A DNA stretch of 64,000 bases from a virus (Duplodnaviria > Caudoviricetes), in the IMG/VR virus record IMGVR_UViG_3300014208_000026, positions 96,001 through 160,000 of that record; one strand, written 5' to 3'. A program made the position numbers and the translations under genes. Below the pieces are notes generated by a model that worked only from the letters and a program-made list of their open reading frames with translations, searched no databases and had not been told where the DNA came from. Positions within the stretch are counted from its first letter, which is position 1; each line of letters begins with the position of its first letter. This document shows, piece by piece, positions 27,434-34,961 of this stretch.

Positions 27434-28264
27434 ATGACCATTCAGCAGCTCTTTGGTTCTAATCCCGATTCCATCGGAGTCCGTTTACAGGAATCCTCCG
27501 AGCTTCTCGATTCCCTTCCGGATGCTTCTGTCCAGTTGATCGTGACGGATCCTCCGTACGGAATTTCCTACCAGTCGAACTACTGCAAAGCCGGAAAAAG
27601 AAAGCCGATATCGGCGGACTGGAATTTTCAGATCGGCCCGTTCCTCCGTTCTGCCGAGAGGGTTCTGAAACCAGGAGGGGCGATTTACCTGTTTAGTAGA
27701 TGGGACGTGTATCCTCTCTGGACCCTGAATATGCCCGCAGAACTGAAGCTGAAGAACGTGATCGCCTGGGTGAAGGATAACCACTCGGCGGGGGACTTGA
27801 CGGGGAACTTCGGGTTCAAGTGGGAGGCTATCCTGTTCATGGTGAAGGGCAGGCACCAACTCAGAGGTACCCGTTGGCCTAACGCTTGGGAGTTCCCGAG
27901 AGTTCCTTTTGCACGACAGATTCATCCAGCAGAGAAACCCGTGGCTCTACTGGAGAGGGCCATTACAGCTTCATCAGACGTAGGGGATATGGTGGTCGAC
28001 CCATTCTGCGGGTCGGGCTCTACAGGAGCGGCGGCTTGCAACCTAGGCCGTAAAGCAATCCTGGGGGACGTAGACGCCGATTACGTGCGGAGGGCTAGGG
28101 AGAGGTTGGGGTTGCCTGTTGAGCAGGTGGAGACGGAGAAAGAGATCCCTAAGGATCCGAATTGGGGCAAGGGCTCTATCGGGGTCTGTACGGATGCCCT
28201 TGAAGGTGTTCATCCTGAAGACGTGGCGGCTCTGGTCGAGTGGTTCCGGTCGACGAGGGCCTAA
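27434..28264 (+). CDS. DNA methyltransferase, N6-adenine/N4-cytosine beta class
   Basis: Motif IV TDPPY precedes HPAEKP and motif I DPFCGSGSTG. Confidence 0.92.
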   Translation: MTIQQLFGSNPDSIGVRLQESSELLDSLPDASVQLIVTDPPYGISYQSNYCKAGKRKPISADWNFQIGPFLRSAERVLKPGGAIYLFSRWDVYPLWTLNMPAELKLKNVIAWVKDNHSAGDLTGNFGFKWEAILFMVKGRHQLRGTRWPNAWEFPRVPFARQIHPAEKPVALLERAITASSDVGDMVVDPFCGSGSTGAAACNLGRKAILGDVDADYVRRARERLGLPVEQVETEKEIPKDPNWGKGSIGVCTDALEGVHPEDVAALVEWFRSTRA

Positions 28265-28304
28265 GTCTGTCTGACTCCTTTCACGTTTTTCATCCTCTAG
28301 AATC

Positions 28305-28314
28305 GGTACAGTAG
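28305..28314 (+). promoter_or_regulatory. GGTACAGTAG promoter-like motif
   Basis: Exact motif upstream of the 28366 gene. Confidence 0.45.
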
Positions 28315-28365
28315 AGAACACGGATTCTTAGCGGAGTCCTGTTTAGACTAAGGGAGTGAGGCACC

Positions 28366-29145
28366 ATGGGCGTAATTTTTTCGCAGGGAGACATTTTGGG
28401 CCGTGGGGACCTGGATGCGTTTTTCCAAAATTCTCTCGGGAATCCCCAGAATTTATTCGAGATCACCTATGCCATCTACTACGTGACCCCCGTCACCGAG
28501 GTAGAGGTTCTCATTGGTTCTGCCGCCCGTGTCCCCGTGAATCCCGCCGTGGGGGAATACTACGCGGCTCTCCAGGTTCCCGCCAGTGCCGCCGCTGGGG
28601 ATTACCGTATCCGGTGGACGTTCAGGGAGTTCGCAGGAGCACCCCAGCAGTTGATCGTCCAGGAGTGGGGGGTTGTGCTGGCAGGTACCACTACGGGGAC
28701 GAGTACGTTTTCTACGGGTGAAACAGAGATGATCTGGAAGTTGAGAGTATTTTTAAGAGATTCCAACCCAGATCGCAACTACCATTTCAGACCACCTGAA
28801 GCAGAAGGCTCGGTCGGCCAGTACAATCAAGTGTTCGGGCAGATATGGGAAGATGATGAGTTGCTTATGTATCTCGAAGCAGCTCTCGACTGGTTCAACA
28901 TGTTCCCGCCCGAGACAGAAGCATACAGCACGCTTGACCTGCTGTTACAAAGAAAGCCTGTCTGGCGAACTGCTATCATAACAGGTGCAATTGCACATGC
29001 TTGTACAGCATTAGCATTAAATTGGATCTCGGACGAATTTTCCGTGGAAGAGAATACTAATATAAAAGTACATTTAGATAGTGATTATTCGTTAGCTATT
29101 CCGATTGGGGAGCTATGGGATATTATTTATGGAGATACTAAATGA
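28366..29145 (+). CDS. N-terminal half of a putative neck/head-tail adaptor (225-aa extein) fused to a 34-aa N-intein
   Basis: Extein ends LNWISDEF, followed by SVEENTNIKV...IPIGELWD (intein block A pattern) and a TGA stop. Confidence 0.8.
   Translation: MGVIFSQGDILGRGDLDAFFQNSLGNPQNLFEITYAIYYVTPVTEVEVLIGSAARVPVNPAVGEYYAALQVPASAAAGDYRIRWTFREFAGAPQQLIVQEWGVVLAGTTTGTSTFSTGETEMIWKLRVFLRDSNPDRNYHFRPPEAEGSVGQYNQVFGQIWEDDELLMYLEAALDWFNMFPPETEAYSTLDLLLQRKPVWRTAIITGAIAHACTALALNWISDEFSVEENTNIKVHLDSDYSLAIPIGELWDIIYGDTK
29041..29142 (+). mobile_element. Short N-terminal fragment of a split intein (IntN, 34 aa, Ser1, no Cys)
   Basis: S-V-x-x-x-T-x-I...I-x-I-x-E-L pattern of Ser-initiated inteins; no other intein blocks in this ORF. 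Confidence 0.75.
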
Positions 29146-30149
29146 ATAAAAAGCAAGCTCTTTCAGTATTGAAAATGAATTTCAAATTACTTGAGACTCT
29201 TATAGAGGAGGGCATTCTTGCCTGTGATTCTTCTGGAGACATAGATCCGGAGTCTTTTGTTTGTCTTGAAGAAAACTTCCATTTTGTGTTCTGTTTAGAG
29301 TGCGGGGCTAGGGTGGCTCTTCTGAACGGTAAGCATCTTAAAAGCTGTTCAGGCATGACACAGGCTGCTTATTTAGAGAAACATCCAGGGGCCGCTGTGC
29401 TGTCGGGCATGTCCGCCGCATTCAAAACCAAGACCGAAGACCAGAAACGGGCTCAGTCCGAAAAGCTCAAGGCCAGATTCCAAACTCCCGAGGGGGAGGT
29501 TACTCGACAGCAGATTTCAGAAGCCTCAAAGAAAATGCAGGCGTCAGAATACGGGGAGATAGCTGCTGAGCACCTTCGAACAATGACCCGCAGTCCTGAA
29601 GGGCGTGCTCGTATTAGTAAGCAAATGTTTGCACGGTACGCTTCTGGGTGGAATCCTGTAAAAGACTGGCATGCTGCAAACAAAGAGGAGTCTAAGCAGA
29701 GGGCTTTTCATGCCAGGAGCTTTATCCAGAAAAAGAAATCAAAGCCTCATCTCGCTTTCAAAGCTGCGATGGAAGAAGCAGGGTTATTGGGTTTCGAGAC
29801 TGAGTGTCCTGTGGGGTATTACCACATAGATGAAGCTCGGCCCGATCTTAAGTTGTCCGTGGAAATTGATGGATGTTTCTGGCATGGTTGTGTAGATTGT
29901 GGTTTTCCAGGAACTCCTGGAATAAAGAAAACAGATAAGCGGAAAACGACTTTTCTGCTTAATAGAGGATGGACGATACTCCGCTTCAACGTGTGCGTCA
30001 TTAAAAAAGACTTGGCCGGTTGTCTAGATAAAGTAAGGCAGAGCGTGGAATCCTTGTCACAGCAGAAAACCACTCTCAAAGTACGTGCTACAATCTGCGA
30101 CATTTTCGGAGCCCATAAAGAGGAGGTGTCCAATGGCACTAAGCCCTGA
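29142..30149 (+). CDS. Free-standing Vsr/DUF559-like (PD-(D/E)XK) endonuclease with zinc finger and helical DNA-binding repeats
   Basis: FCLECG...HL; YHIDEARPDLKLSVEIDGCFWHGC...RGWTILRF; ATGA overlap with the upstream gene and overlap with the downstream start. Confidence 0.85.
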   Translation: MNKKQALSVLKMNFKLLETLIEEGILACDSSGDIDPESFVCLEENFHFVFCLECGARVALLNGKHLKSCSGMTQAAYLEKHPGAAVLSGMSAAFKTKTEDQKRAQSEKLKARFQTPEGEVTRQQISEASKKMQASEYGEIAAEHLRTMTRSPEGRARISKQMFARYASGWNPVKDWHAANKEESKQRAFHARSFIQKKKSKPHLAFKAAMEEAGLLGFETECPVGYYHIDEARPDLKLSVEIDGCFWHGCVDCGFPGTPGIKKTDKRKTTFLLNRGWTILRFNVCVIKKDLAGCLDKVRQSVESLSQQKTTLKVRATICDIFGAHKEEVSNGTKP

Positions 30150-30546
30150 AGTCAGAAAGGCCATTCGAGAAGCCTATGAGGCAGGTACCCTGCAAGTTGA
30201 TTCCGTCGACGCCGCTACCGGTAAGGTGTTCCGTGCTGTAGTTGCGGACGTTCTGCGGCACCGGACTCCCCATAAGCCTCTTGTCAGAGTAGAGGTTGAT
30301 ACGGGGCAGTGGGTCGAGTGTACTAAGGACCATAGCCTGTTTGGCAGGGATGCTGAGGGGCAGATTGTTCCGGTAGAAGCTGGAACCTTGCAGCCTGGGG
30401 CTTCGATTGTGGTGGTGAAGGACGGGCAGGCGGTAGACGTCCAGGTGATTTCCTATGAGGAAGGCGCACCCGCGGAATTTACCTTTGACTTGGCCGTTCC
30501 GGGGCCGGAGAACTTTGTACTCTCCAACGGTATTTTGGCTCACAAC
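30133..30546 (+). mobile_element. Long C-terminal fragment of the split intein (IntC, ends His-Asn, Ser+1)
   Basis: Has blocks B, F and G but no block A. Confidence 0.88.
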
Positions 30547-30774
30547 TCCTATTCGTGTGGTGGAATATCATTAGACCTAGAGAAGTCATCTAAGTATGAA
30601 TCAATCAAACAGAACGCTGAGAGTCAATTTGATAAGGCTACGGAAGCTAAAGCTAGAACAACAAAGTATGTTAGAGGATTAAAACAACAACGTTTCGGAA
30701 TGGGTGTGCGCAGTTCCTTTGGTCCGGCAACAGGTCATGGTATATTATCACCCCGCTCGTTTACGGGCGGTTAG
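30133..30774 (+). CDS. C-intein (138 aa) fused to the 75-aa C-terminal half of the putative neck protein
   Basis: Own AGGAGG RBS before ATG 30133; block B CTKDHSLF; F/G blocks FTFDLAVPGPENFVLSNGILAHN; extein SYSCGGISLDLEKSSKY. Confidence 0.85.
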   Translation: MALSPEVRKAIREAYEAGTLQVDSVDAATGKVFRAVVADVLRHRTPHKPLVRVEVDTGQWVECTKDHSLFGRDAEGQIVPVEAGTLQPGASIVVVKDGQAVDVQVISYEEGAPAEFTFDLAVPGPENFVLSNGILAHNSYSCGGISLDLEKSSKYESIKQNAESQFDKATEAKARTTKYVRGLKQQRFGMGVRSSFGPATGHGILSPRSFTGG

Positions 30775-30862
30775 TAGTAAAAATCAATAGTATAGAGTAG
30801 ACTCCGGTAGGGGTGTGTTAGATGTGTGCAATCAAAGCTGGTACTATATTTTCAATTTTTCC

Positions 30863-30882
30863 CCATAGCCCTTTCTAAGTAG
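30863..30882 (+). promoter_or_regulatory. Late-promoter variant CCAT-N12-GTAGAA
   Basis: Nearly the same as the 32538 and 58561 copies, including the downstream AA(A)CC. Confidence 0.5.
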
Positions 30883-31072
30883 AAACCACGGCGTCTGCGC
30901 GAACAGACCCGGGGCGTGACCGACAACCCTGAGAAGGGGGCTACTGATGTTCCCTTCTACCGGAAAAAATCTGCCCCCATGCCGAATCTACTTTGTTCTA
31001 TCGGGTATACTTAAGAGGCACCCTCTCGAACGAGGGTCTCTGACGCCACAAACAAGTTCGGCGAGGTGAGTC

Positions 31073-31849
31073 ATGCCTGTTACGTGCCCTTACTGTTCCA
31101 GAGAATTTTCAGGGGACAAGCTTAGTGCAAGGCATCTTTCTATATGCGATCCTTCGTGCCGTATTCCGATATTCCCCTGTCTCTGCGGACACGAAGCTAC
31201 AAGCAATACCCAAATGAAACGGCACCACAAAGTCTGTCCTGTTTGGCAGGCTCGTGATGTCGAGGCTGTCAAAAGAGCCCGTATGCGTGAAACGAGTTTG
31301 GCCCGTTACGGGGTAGAGAACGCGAATCAGACAGAGGAGGCTCTGGCCAAGAGGGCGCGTACCAATCTGGAGAGATATGGCGCAGAGAACCCTTTTTGTC
31401 GGGAGTCTTCTCTTTTTGAAGAGGTTCAGATTGGTTCTAAGGAAAACAGAGTTTATGCCACAGGGGAAGATTGCGTGTTCTCCCGTCCGGAAGTGAAAGA
31501 GAAGATTCGGAACTACTGGCAAGAGAACCATGGTGTTGTTGGGCCCCAGCAGGTTCCTGAGATTCGAGAGGCTACGCGACAGACGAACCTGGAACGTTAT
31601 GGTACGGAAGAGGTTCTGGCCGCTCCCGAAATCCGTCAGAGGATTCGAGATACTTGTGAGGCTGTTTATGGCGGCCCTGCTCCTTCGTGCAGTCCGGAGG
31701 TGATAGCGAAGCAGCTAGAAACTAAGCTGTCTCGTTGTGAAGTGCCTTGGGCGGAGGACTTGCTTGTGTCTGATACTCCGCCCGTTGAATCGGTATCTGC
31801 CCCAACCATCCTCGATCTCTTCTCCTCTTCTAAGAACCCTGCCAAGTAG
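31073..31849 (+). CDS. Zinc fingers + (T/S)xL[AE]RYG repeats (homing-endonuclease-type DNA-binding repeats); no nuclease domain seen
   Basis: GAGGTG RBS; CPYC...H...C and CLCG...H; repeats TSLARYG, TNLERYG x2, TCEAVYG. Confidence 0.7.
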   Translation: MPVTCPYCSREFSGDKLSARHLSICDPSCRIPIFPCLCGHEATSNTQMKRHHKVCPVWQARDVEAVKRARMRETSLARYGVENANQTEEALAKRARTNLERYGAENPFCRESSLFEEVQIGSKENRVYATGEDCVFSRPEVKEKIRNYWQENHGVVGPQQVPEIREATRQTNLERYGTEEVLAAPEIRQRIRDTCEAVYGGPAPSCSPEVIAKQLETKLSRCEVPWAEDLLVSDTPPVESVSAPTILDLFSSSKNPAK

Positions 31850-31934
31850 ATAGGGCCCCGTCGACCCTTTCCATCTTTGCCGCACAGCCCGTTTGCTAAT
31901 TGCTTTTTGCAGAAAGGGCAGACAGCCACAGCCT

Positions 31935-32132
31935 CCGGCTCTGCATCTTCGTGCTTAGCACCTGACCTCAACCGGCTCTGCATCGTCGTGCTCAGCGCCC
32001 AGTCTCCCCCTTACGTTCAACCCTTACTCCCAACCGGCTCTGCGTCTTCGTGCTCAGCGCTCAACCCCAACCGGCTCTGCACCTTCGTGCTTAGCACCTC
32101 ACCCCAACCGGCTCTGCATTATCATGCTTAGC
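31935..32132. repeat. Five copies of a 25-bp core CCGGCTCTGCATCTTCGTGCTYAGC, mostly at a 37-bp period
   Basis: Cores start at 31935, 31972, 32034, 32071 and 32108; spacers are 12, 37, 12 and 12 nt and C-rich. Confidence 0.93.
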
Positions 32133-32152
32133 CCCCAACCCCAACTGACTCC

Positions 32153-32181
32153 TTGACACATCTGGGGGTTTGGGGTAAGGT
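32153..32181 (+). promoter_or_regulatory. Sigma70-like promoter TTGACA-N17-TAAGGT
   Basis: Perfect -35, 17-nt spacer, TAnnnT -10. Confidence 0.65.
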
Positions 32182-32211
32182 ACAGAATGGTATTGGGTAT
32201 GGAGAAGAGGC

Positions 32212-32400
32212 ATGGAGACTCTGACCCTAAGTGACGTTCAAAAGTGCAAGAGGCTTTGGGATAAGCTACTGAAATCCCATCAGGATCTTGATGCAGCTAT
32301 AAGGGCCAGGGGTGACTCCCCTCAGATTAGAGATCTCTATCGAGAATTCCAAGAATTTAAGCTTTCCAGCCAGAGAAAGATCGGCAACCTTTTAATTTAG
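32212..32400 (+). CDS. Hypothetical helical protein (62 aa)
   Basis: GAGG RBS; downstream of a sigma70-like promoter. Confidence 0.6.
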   Translation: METLTLSDVQKCKRLWDKLLKSHQDLDAAIRARGDSPQIRDLYREFQEFKLSSQRKIGNLLI

Positions 32401-32537
32401 ATAGCTACCAGGAGTCTGCCAAGCGTGCAGGACAGCTTAGAGGACGGTTGTAAGGAGGACTCGGATTTGGTGTCGGCAGAGCCGTCCGTGAACTAGGGTC
32501 TTTCCCCAACCCCCCAACCCTCTGTTCGTTTTTCAGC

Positions 32538-32558
32538 CTATCCCCTTTCCTTTAGTAG
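32538..32558 (+). promoter_or_regulatory. Putative late promoter CTAT-N13-GTAG
   Basis: Exact motif; flanks nearly identical to 58561. Confidence 0.7.
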
Positions 32559-32577
32559 AACCTAAGGAGAACTCGTT

Positions 32578-33120
32578 ATGAAATCCCTGAAAGCTTCCGT
32601 TGTTCGACTGGCCTACGAGCACCCTGAGTTCCGTGGTGAGCTGCTGGGTGTGCTTGCAGCTCGGCAGGGCCGTAAGACCGCCGCTTCCACAGATCCCATT
32701 GGCAAAGGGAAGAATGGCTACATCGCTTTCTACAAGGGCAAGAAGGTGGAAGTGATGGCCGACACGAAGCTTCAGGCTCAGATCACGGCTGCTGCGTATT
32801 TCAAGGCGAAGAAGTCGTATGAAGTGGATGTTGAACTGGCTGAGACGGACGGTAAGCAGGTGACTCATAAACCGATGTTTGCTTCATCGGTTGAGACAGC
32901 GGCTAAGGCGGACCCAAATCCGTGGAAAGCCACGCACGAAATCACTTGGTCAAAAACTCGAAAAGCTCCTAAGAAAACAGTTAAGGTGATGTTGTCCTCG
33001 GACGGTCAAGTGTACACCAAGCCTGAGTGGGATGCTGGAGACAACGGGGATTTCAGTGTGCATAAGGGGGAATGGCAGTTCCAGGGTGAGCCTTTTGATG
33101 GCTCTGTCAAGAAGCTGTAG
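32578..33120 (+). CDS. Leader-bearing two-domain protein (180 aa); C-terminal domain shared with the 38045 gene
   Basis: AAGGAG RBS; MKSLKASVVRLAYEHPEFRGELLGVL...RKTAA; WKATH...YTKPEWDAG...GEW. Confidence 0.8.
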   Translation: MKSLKASVVRLAYEHPEFRGELLGVLAARQGRKTAASTDPIGKGKNGYIAFYKGKKVEVMADTKLQAQITAAAYFKAKKSYEVDVELAETDGKQVTHKPMFASSVETAAKADPNPWKATHEITWSKTRKAPKKTVKVMLSSDGQVYTKPEWDAGDNGDFSVHKGEWQFQGEPFDGSVKKL

Positions 33121-34203
33121 TTAGTTTCTGGCTAACCACTTTCCTACAATTTTCCTAACCAACATAGCTTTTCTAACTGCCGCCCTTTTACTCGGCCCTC
33201 CCTCATGAATCAACTCGATCTTCTCGACAGGAGCTTTCCCTACGACCTGGAAGTCCTTCACCCTGCCTGCGTCGAGGGTCTTTACGAGGTACTTTGTGTT
33301 CATGACTACCCGCCAAACGTCCCGTTCCTCGCTCGAACCTAAATCGGTTGCCAGACCGATGGCCCTATCTGCATCGGTGGTCAAGAAGATGTTCGAAGGA
33401 ACGCTATGAGCCCCTTCGTAGATTCGACGGTCTTTGGTTGGGCGGGCGGTGTAGAGGACGATCCGCTTACCTTGGTCGGAACTCCCTGGGCTACGGATTT
33501 CCTGGACCAAGGCGAAATAGTCTGCCTGTTCCTGTCCTCCGGAATCCCCGACGGGGAAGAAGTCCCTGTCTCCCCCTTCGAGCACGTCTTCCACTTCGGT
33601 GATCTTGCCGTGTTCGTCGGTAAAGACGGTGAAGTTAGCGTCGTGATCCCCCACTTCTATGCTGAAGACGTGGGAGGCTTGCATGCCTTCGTCGGTGTTG
33701 CCTGTCTCTGCTCGTATAGAAACGTGTTTCGTTTCGAAGAACGGTGCCCTAGAGATCGCTGCCTTGACTTGTGCCTGGACGGCCTTGGCATTTTTTAGAG
33801 TACCTTCCACGGTTTCTTTCTCGTACCCTGCAAATTCCTCCTTGAGTTGAGGGAAGGTTTGCGGGATGCCTTCTTCCAGTGTCTCTTCGAAGTCCATTAA
33901 CGTACGGACAAGGTGATAGAATTCGTCCCAGCGGGAGTGATCTCCTGAGTGGAGTGCCTTGGAAGAGACTTCGTTCAGCTCCAGGGCTACGGCACGGATC
34001 CCCTTCTGGTCTCGTTTACGGATGGGGTTGCCAACGTGAGGTTTGTCGAGCAGACGTTCCGCTTCCCTGGCGAGTTCCTCGGGGTTGTACTTTGTCTCGA
34101 ACTTCTTCTGGTTCCTGGCAAAGGAGTGGTCCAGGAGTTCTGCGTAGTAGTCCTTGGCCTTGGCTTCGAATCGGCTGAGGTTGATTGTCACGGTGGTGGG
34201 CAT
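33121..34203 (-). CDS. Hypothetical protein with a C-terminal ADP-ribosyltransferase-like segment and RKIVGKWL tail
   Basis: IVLYTAR...NIFLTTDADRA...VWRV...DFQV resembles the ART core strand order; follows a late-type promoter. Confidence 0.55.
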   Translation of the reverse strand: MPTTVTINLSRFEAKAKDYYAELLDHSFARNQKKFETKYNPEELAREAERLLDKPHVGNPIRKRDQKGIRAVALELNEVSSKALHSGDHSRWDEFYHLVRTLMDFEETLEEGIPQTFPQLKEEFAGYEKETVEGTLKNAKAVQAQVKAAISRAPFFETKHVSIRAETGNTDEGMQASHVFSIEVGDHDANFTVFTDEHGKITEVEDVLEGGDRDFFPVGDSGGQEQADYFALVQEIRSPGSSDQGKRIVLYTARPTKDRRIYEGAHSVPSNIFLTTDADRAIGLATDLGSSEERDVWRVVMNTKYLVKTLDAGRVKDFQVVGKAPVEKIELIHEGGPSKRAAVRKAMLVRKIVGKWLARN

Positions 34204-34225
34204 TTACGAAGTACCTAAGGGTGTC

Positions 34226-34246
34226 CTACTAGATCGGAAGCTATAG
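34226..34246 (-). promoter_or_regulatory. Putative late promoter CTAT-N13-GTAG (minus strand)
   Basis: Exact motif upstream of the 34203 gene. Confidence 0.65.
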
Positions 34247-34265
34247 GACAGATAGCTAGCGGGTG

Positions 34266-34275
34266 GGTATAGTAG
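34266..34275 (+). promoter_or_regulatory. GGTATAGTAG promoter-like motif
   Basis: Exact motif; divergent from the 34246 late promoter. Confidence 0.55.
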
Positions 34276-34304
34276 AGGGAGATTGGGAGCCAGAGGTTTA
34301 GACC

Positions 34305-34565
34305 ATGGACGGTTTTCGTAGGCACGTTTTGTCTCTTGTGACCTCTTCGGAGAAGGGCCGTGAGGTTCTCAGGGAAGTCCTGGTGCCGGTGTATGTCGAT
34401 CCCGACATGGGATCTTTTGAGCTTTTTCCCTACAAGGAATTTTGGGAAGTTGTCAGTAAGGAGTCTATGGGTAAAGGGATTCCTTTGTGCGACGCTTACA
34501 TAGAGTTGGCGTCGGAGGATTTCAGTCCTGAGACAGGGCACCCTTTTCTTCGAAGAAAGGAATAG
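34305..34565 (+). CDS. Small protein, paralog of 34572; N-terminus weakly resembles the MCP N-terminal helix
   Basis: VTSSEKGREVL...EFWEVV...GHPFLRRKE. Confidence 0.7.
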   Translation: MDGFRRHVLSLVTSSEKGREVLREVLVPVYVDPDMGSFELFPYKEFWEVVSKESMGKGIPLCDAYIELASEDFSPETGHPFLRRKE

Positions 34566-34571
34566 AATACC

Positions 34572-34922
34572 ATGAGCATCCAGTACAAACCCGTGAATGA
34601 GATCGTCGAATCGTTCGTAAAGACCGAACTGGGCAGGGAGGCTCTCCGGCAGGCTGTTGTCTGGCCCCTGGCAGTTCGATTGGGGGAAGGATACCGGCCC
34701 GAGTTATCCCCCTACGAGATTCTGTCCTCTGAAGACTTCTGGAAAGAGGTTATGCTCTACGCTTTGACCCAAGGGCTGTCGGCGACAGGGGCTTTCTTGG
34801 AGTTGGCCGATCAGAAGCCAAGTTTGGAGAAGGGACACCCGTTCCTGAGGCTGAAAGAGAAGGAGTCGGAGCCCGAGAAGGCGTGGGATAGGGAGCGGGA
34901 AGCCCTGACGGTCCTTGGATAG
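34572..34922 (+). CDS. Small protein whose first ~35 aa resemble the MCP N-terminus
   Basis: NEIVESFVKTELGREALRQAVVWPLAVR vs MCP QEIISRYITSPQGRVKLAASMTQPLRTR. Confidence 0.7.
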   Translation: MSIQYKPVNEIVESFVKTELGREALRQAVVWPLAVRLGEGYRPELSPYEILSSEDFWKEVMLYALTQGLSATGAFLELADQKPSLEKGHPFLRLKEKESEPEKAWDREREALTVLG

Positions 34923-34932
34923 GGTATAGTAG
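34923..34932 (+). promoter_or_regulatory. GGTATAGTAG promoter-like motif
   Basis: Exact motif upstream of 34962. Confidence 0.55.
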
Positions 34933-34961
34933 AGGCTGGTAGTTTAAACGAGAGGTACTCC

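Noticed and set aside
29041-30546. Contiguous intein via stop readthrough, or a group I intron holding the endonuclease
   Set aside because: At least two in-frame TGA stops; the endonuclease ORF overlaps both neighbours, leaving no space for a ribozyme core; IntC has its own strong RBS.
31666-31983. 105-aa minus ORF with CPFC motif
   Set aside because: Starts inside the non-triplet repeat array and overlaps the 31073 gene antisense; no RBS.
31935-32132. Repeat array as a CRISPR mini-array
   Set aside because: Three of four spacers are only 12 nt and resemble each other; repeats are degenerate; no cas genes in the window.
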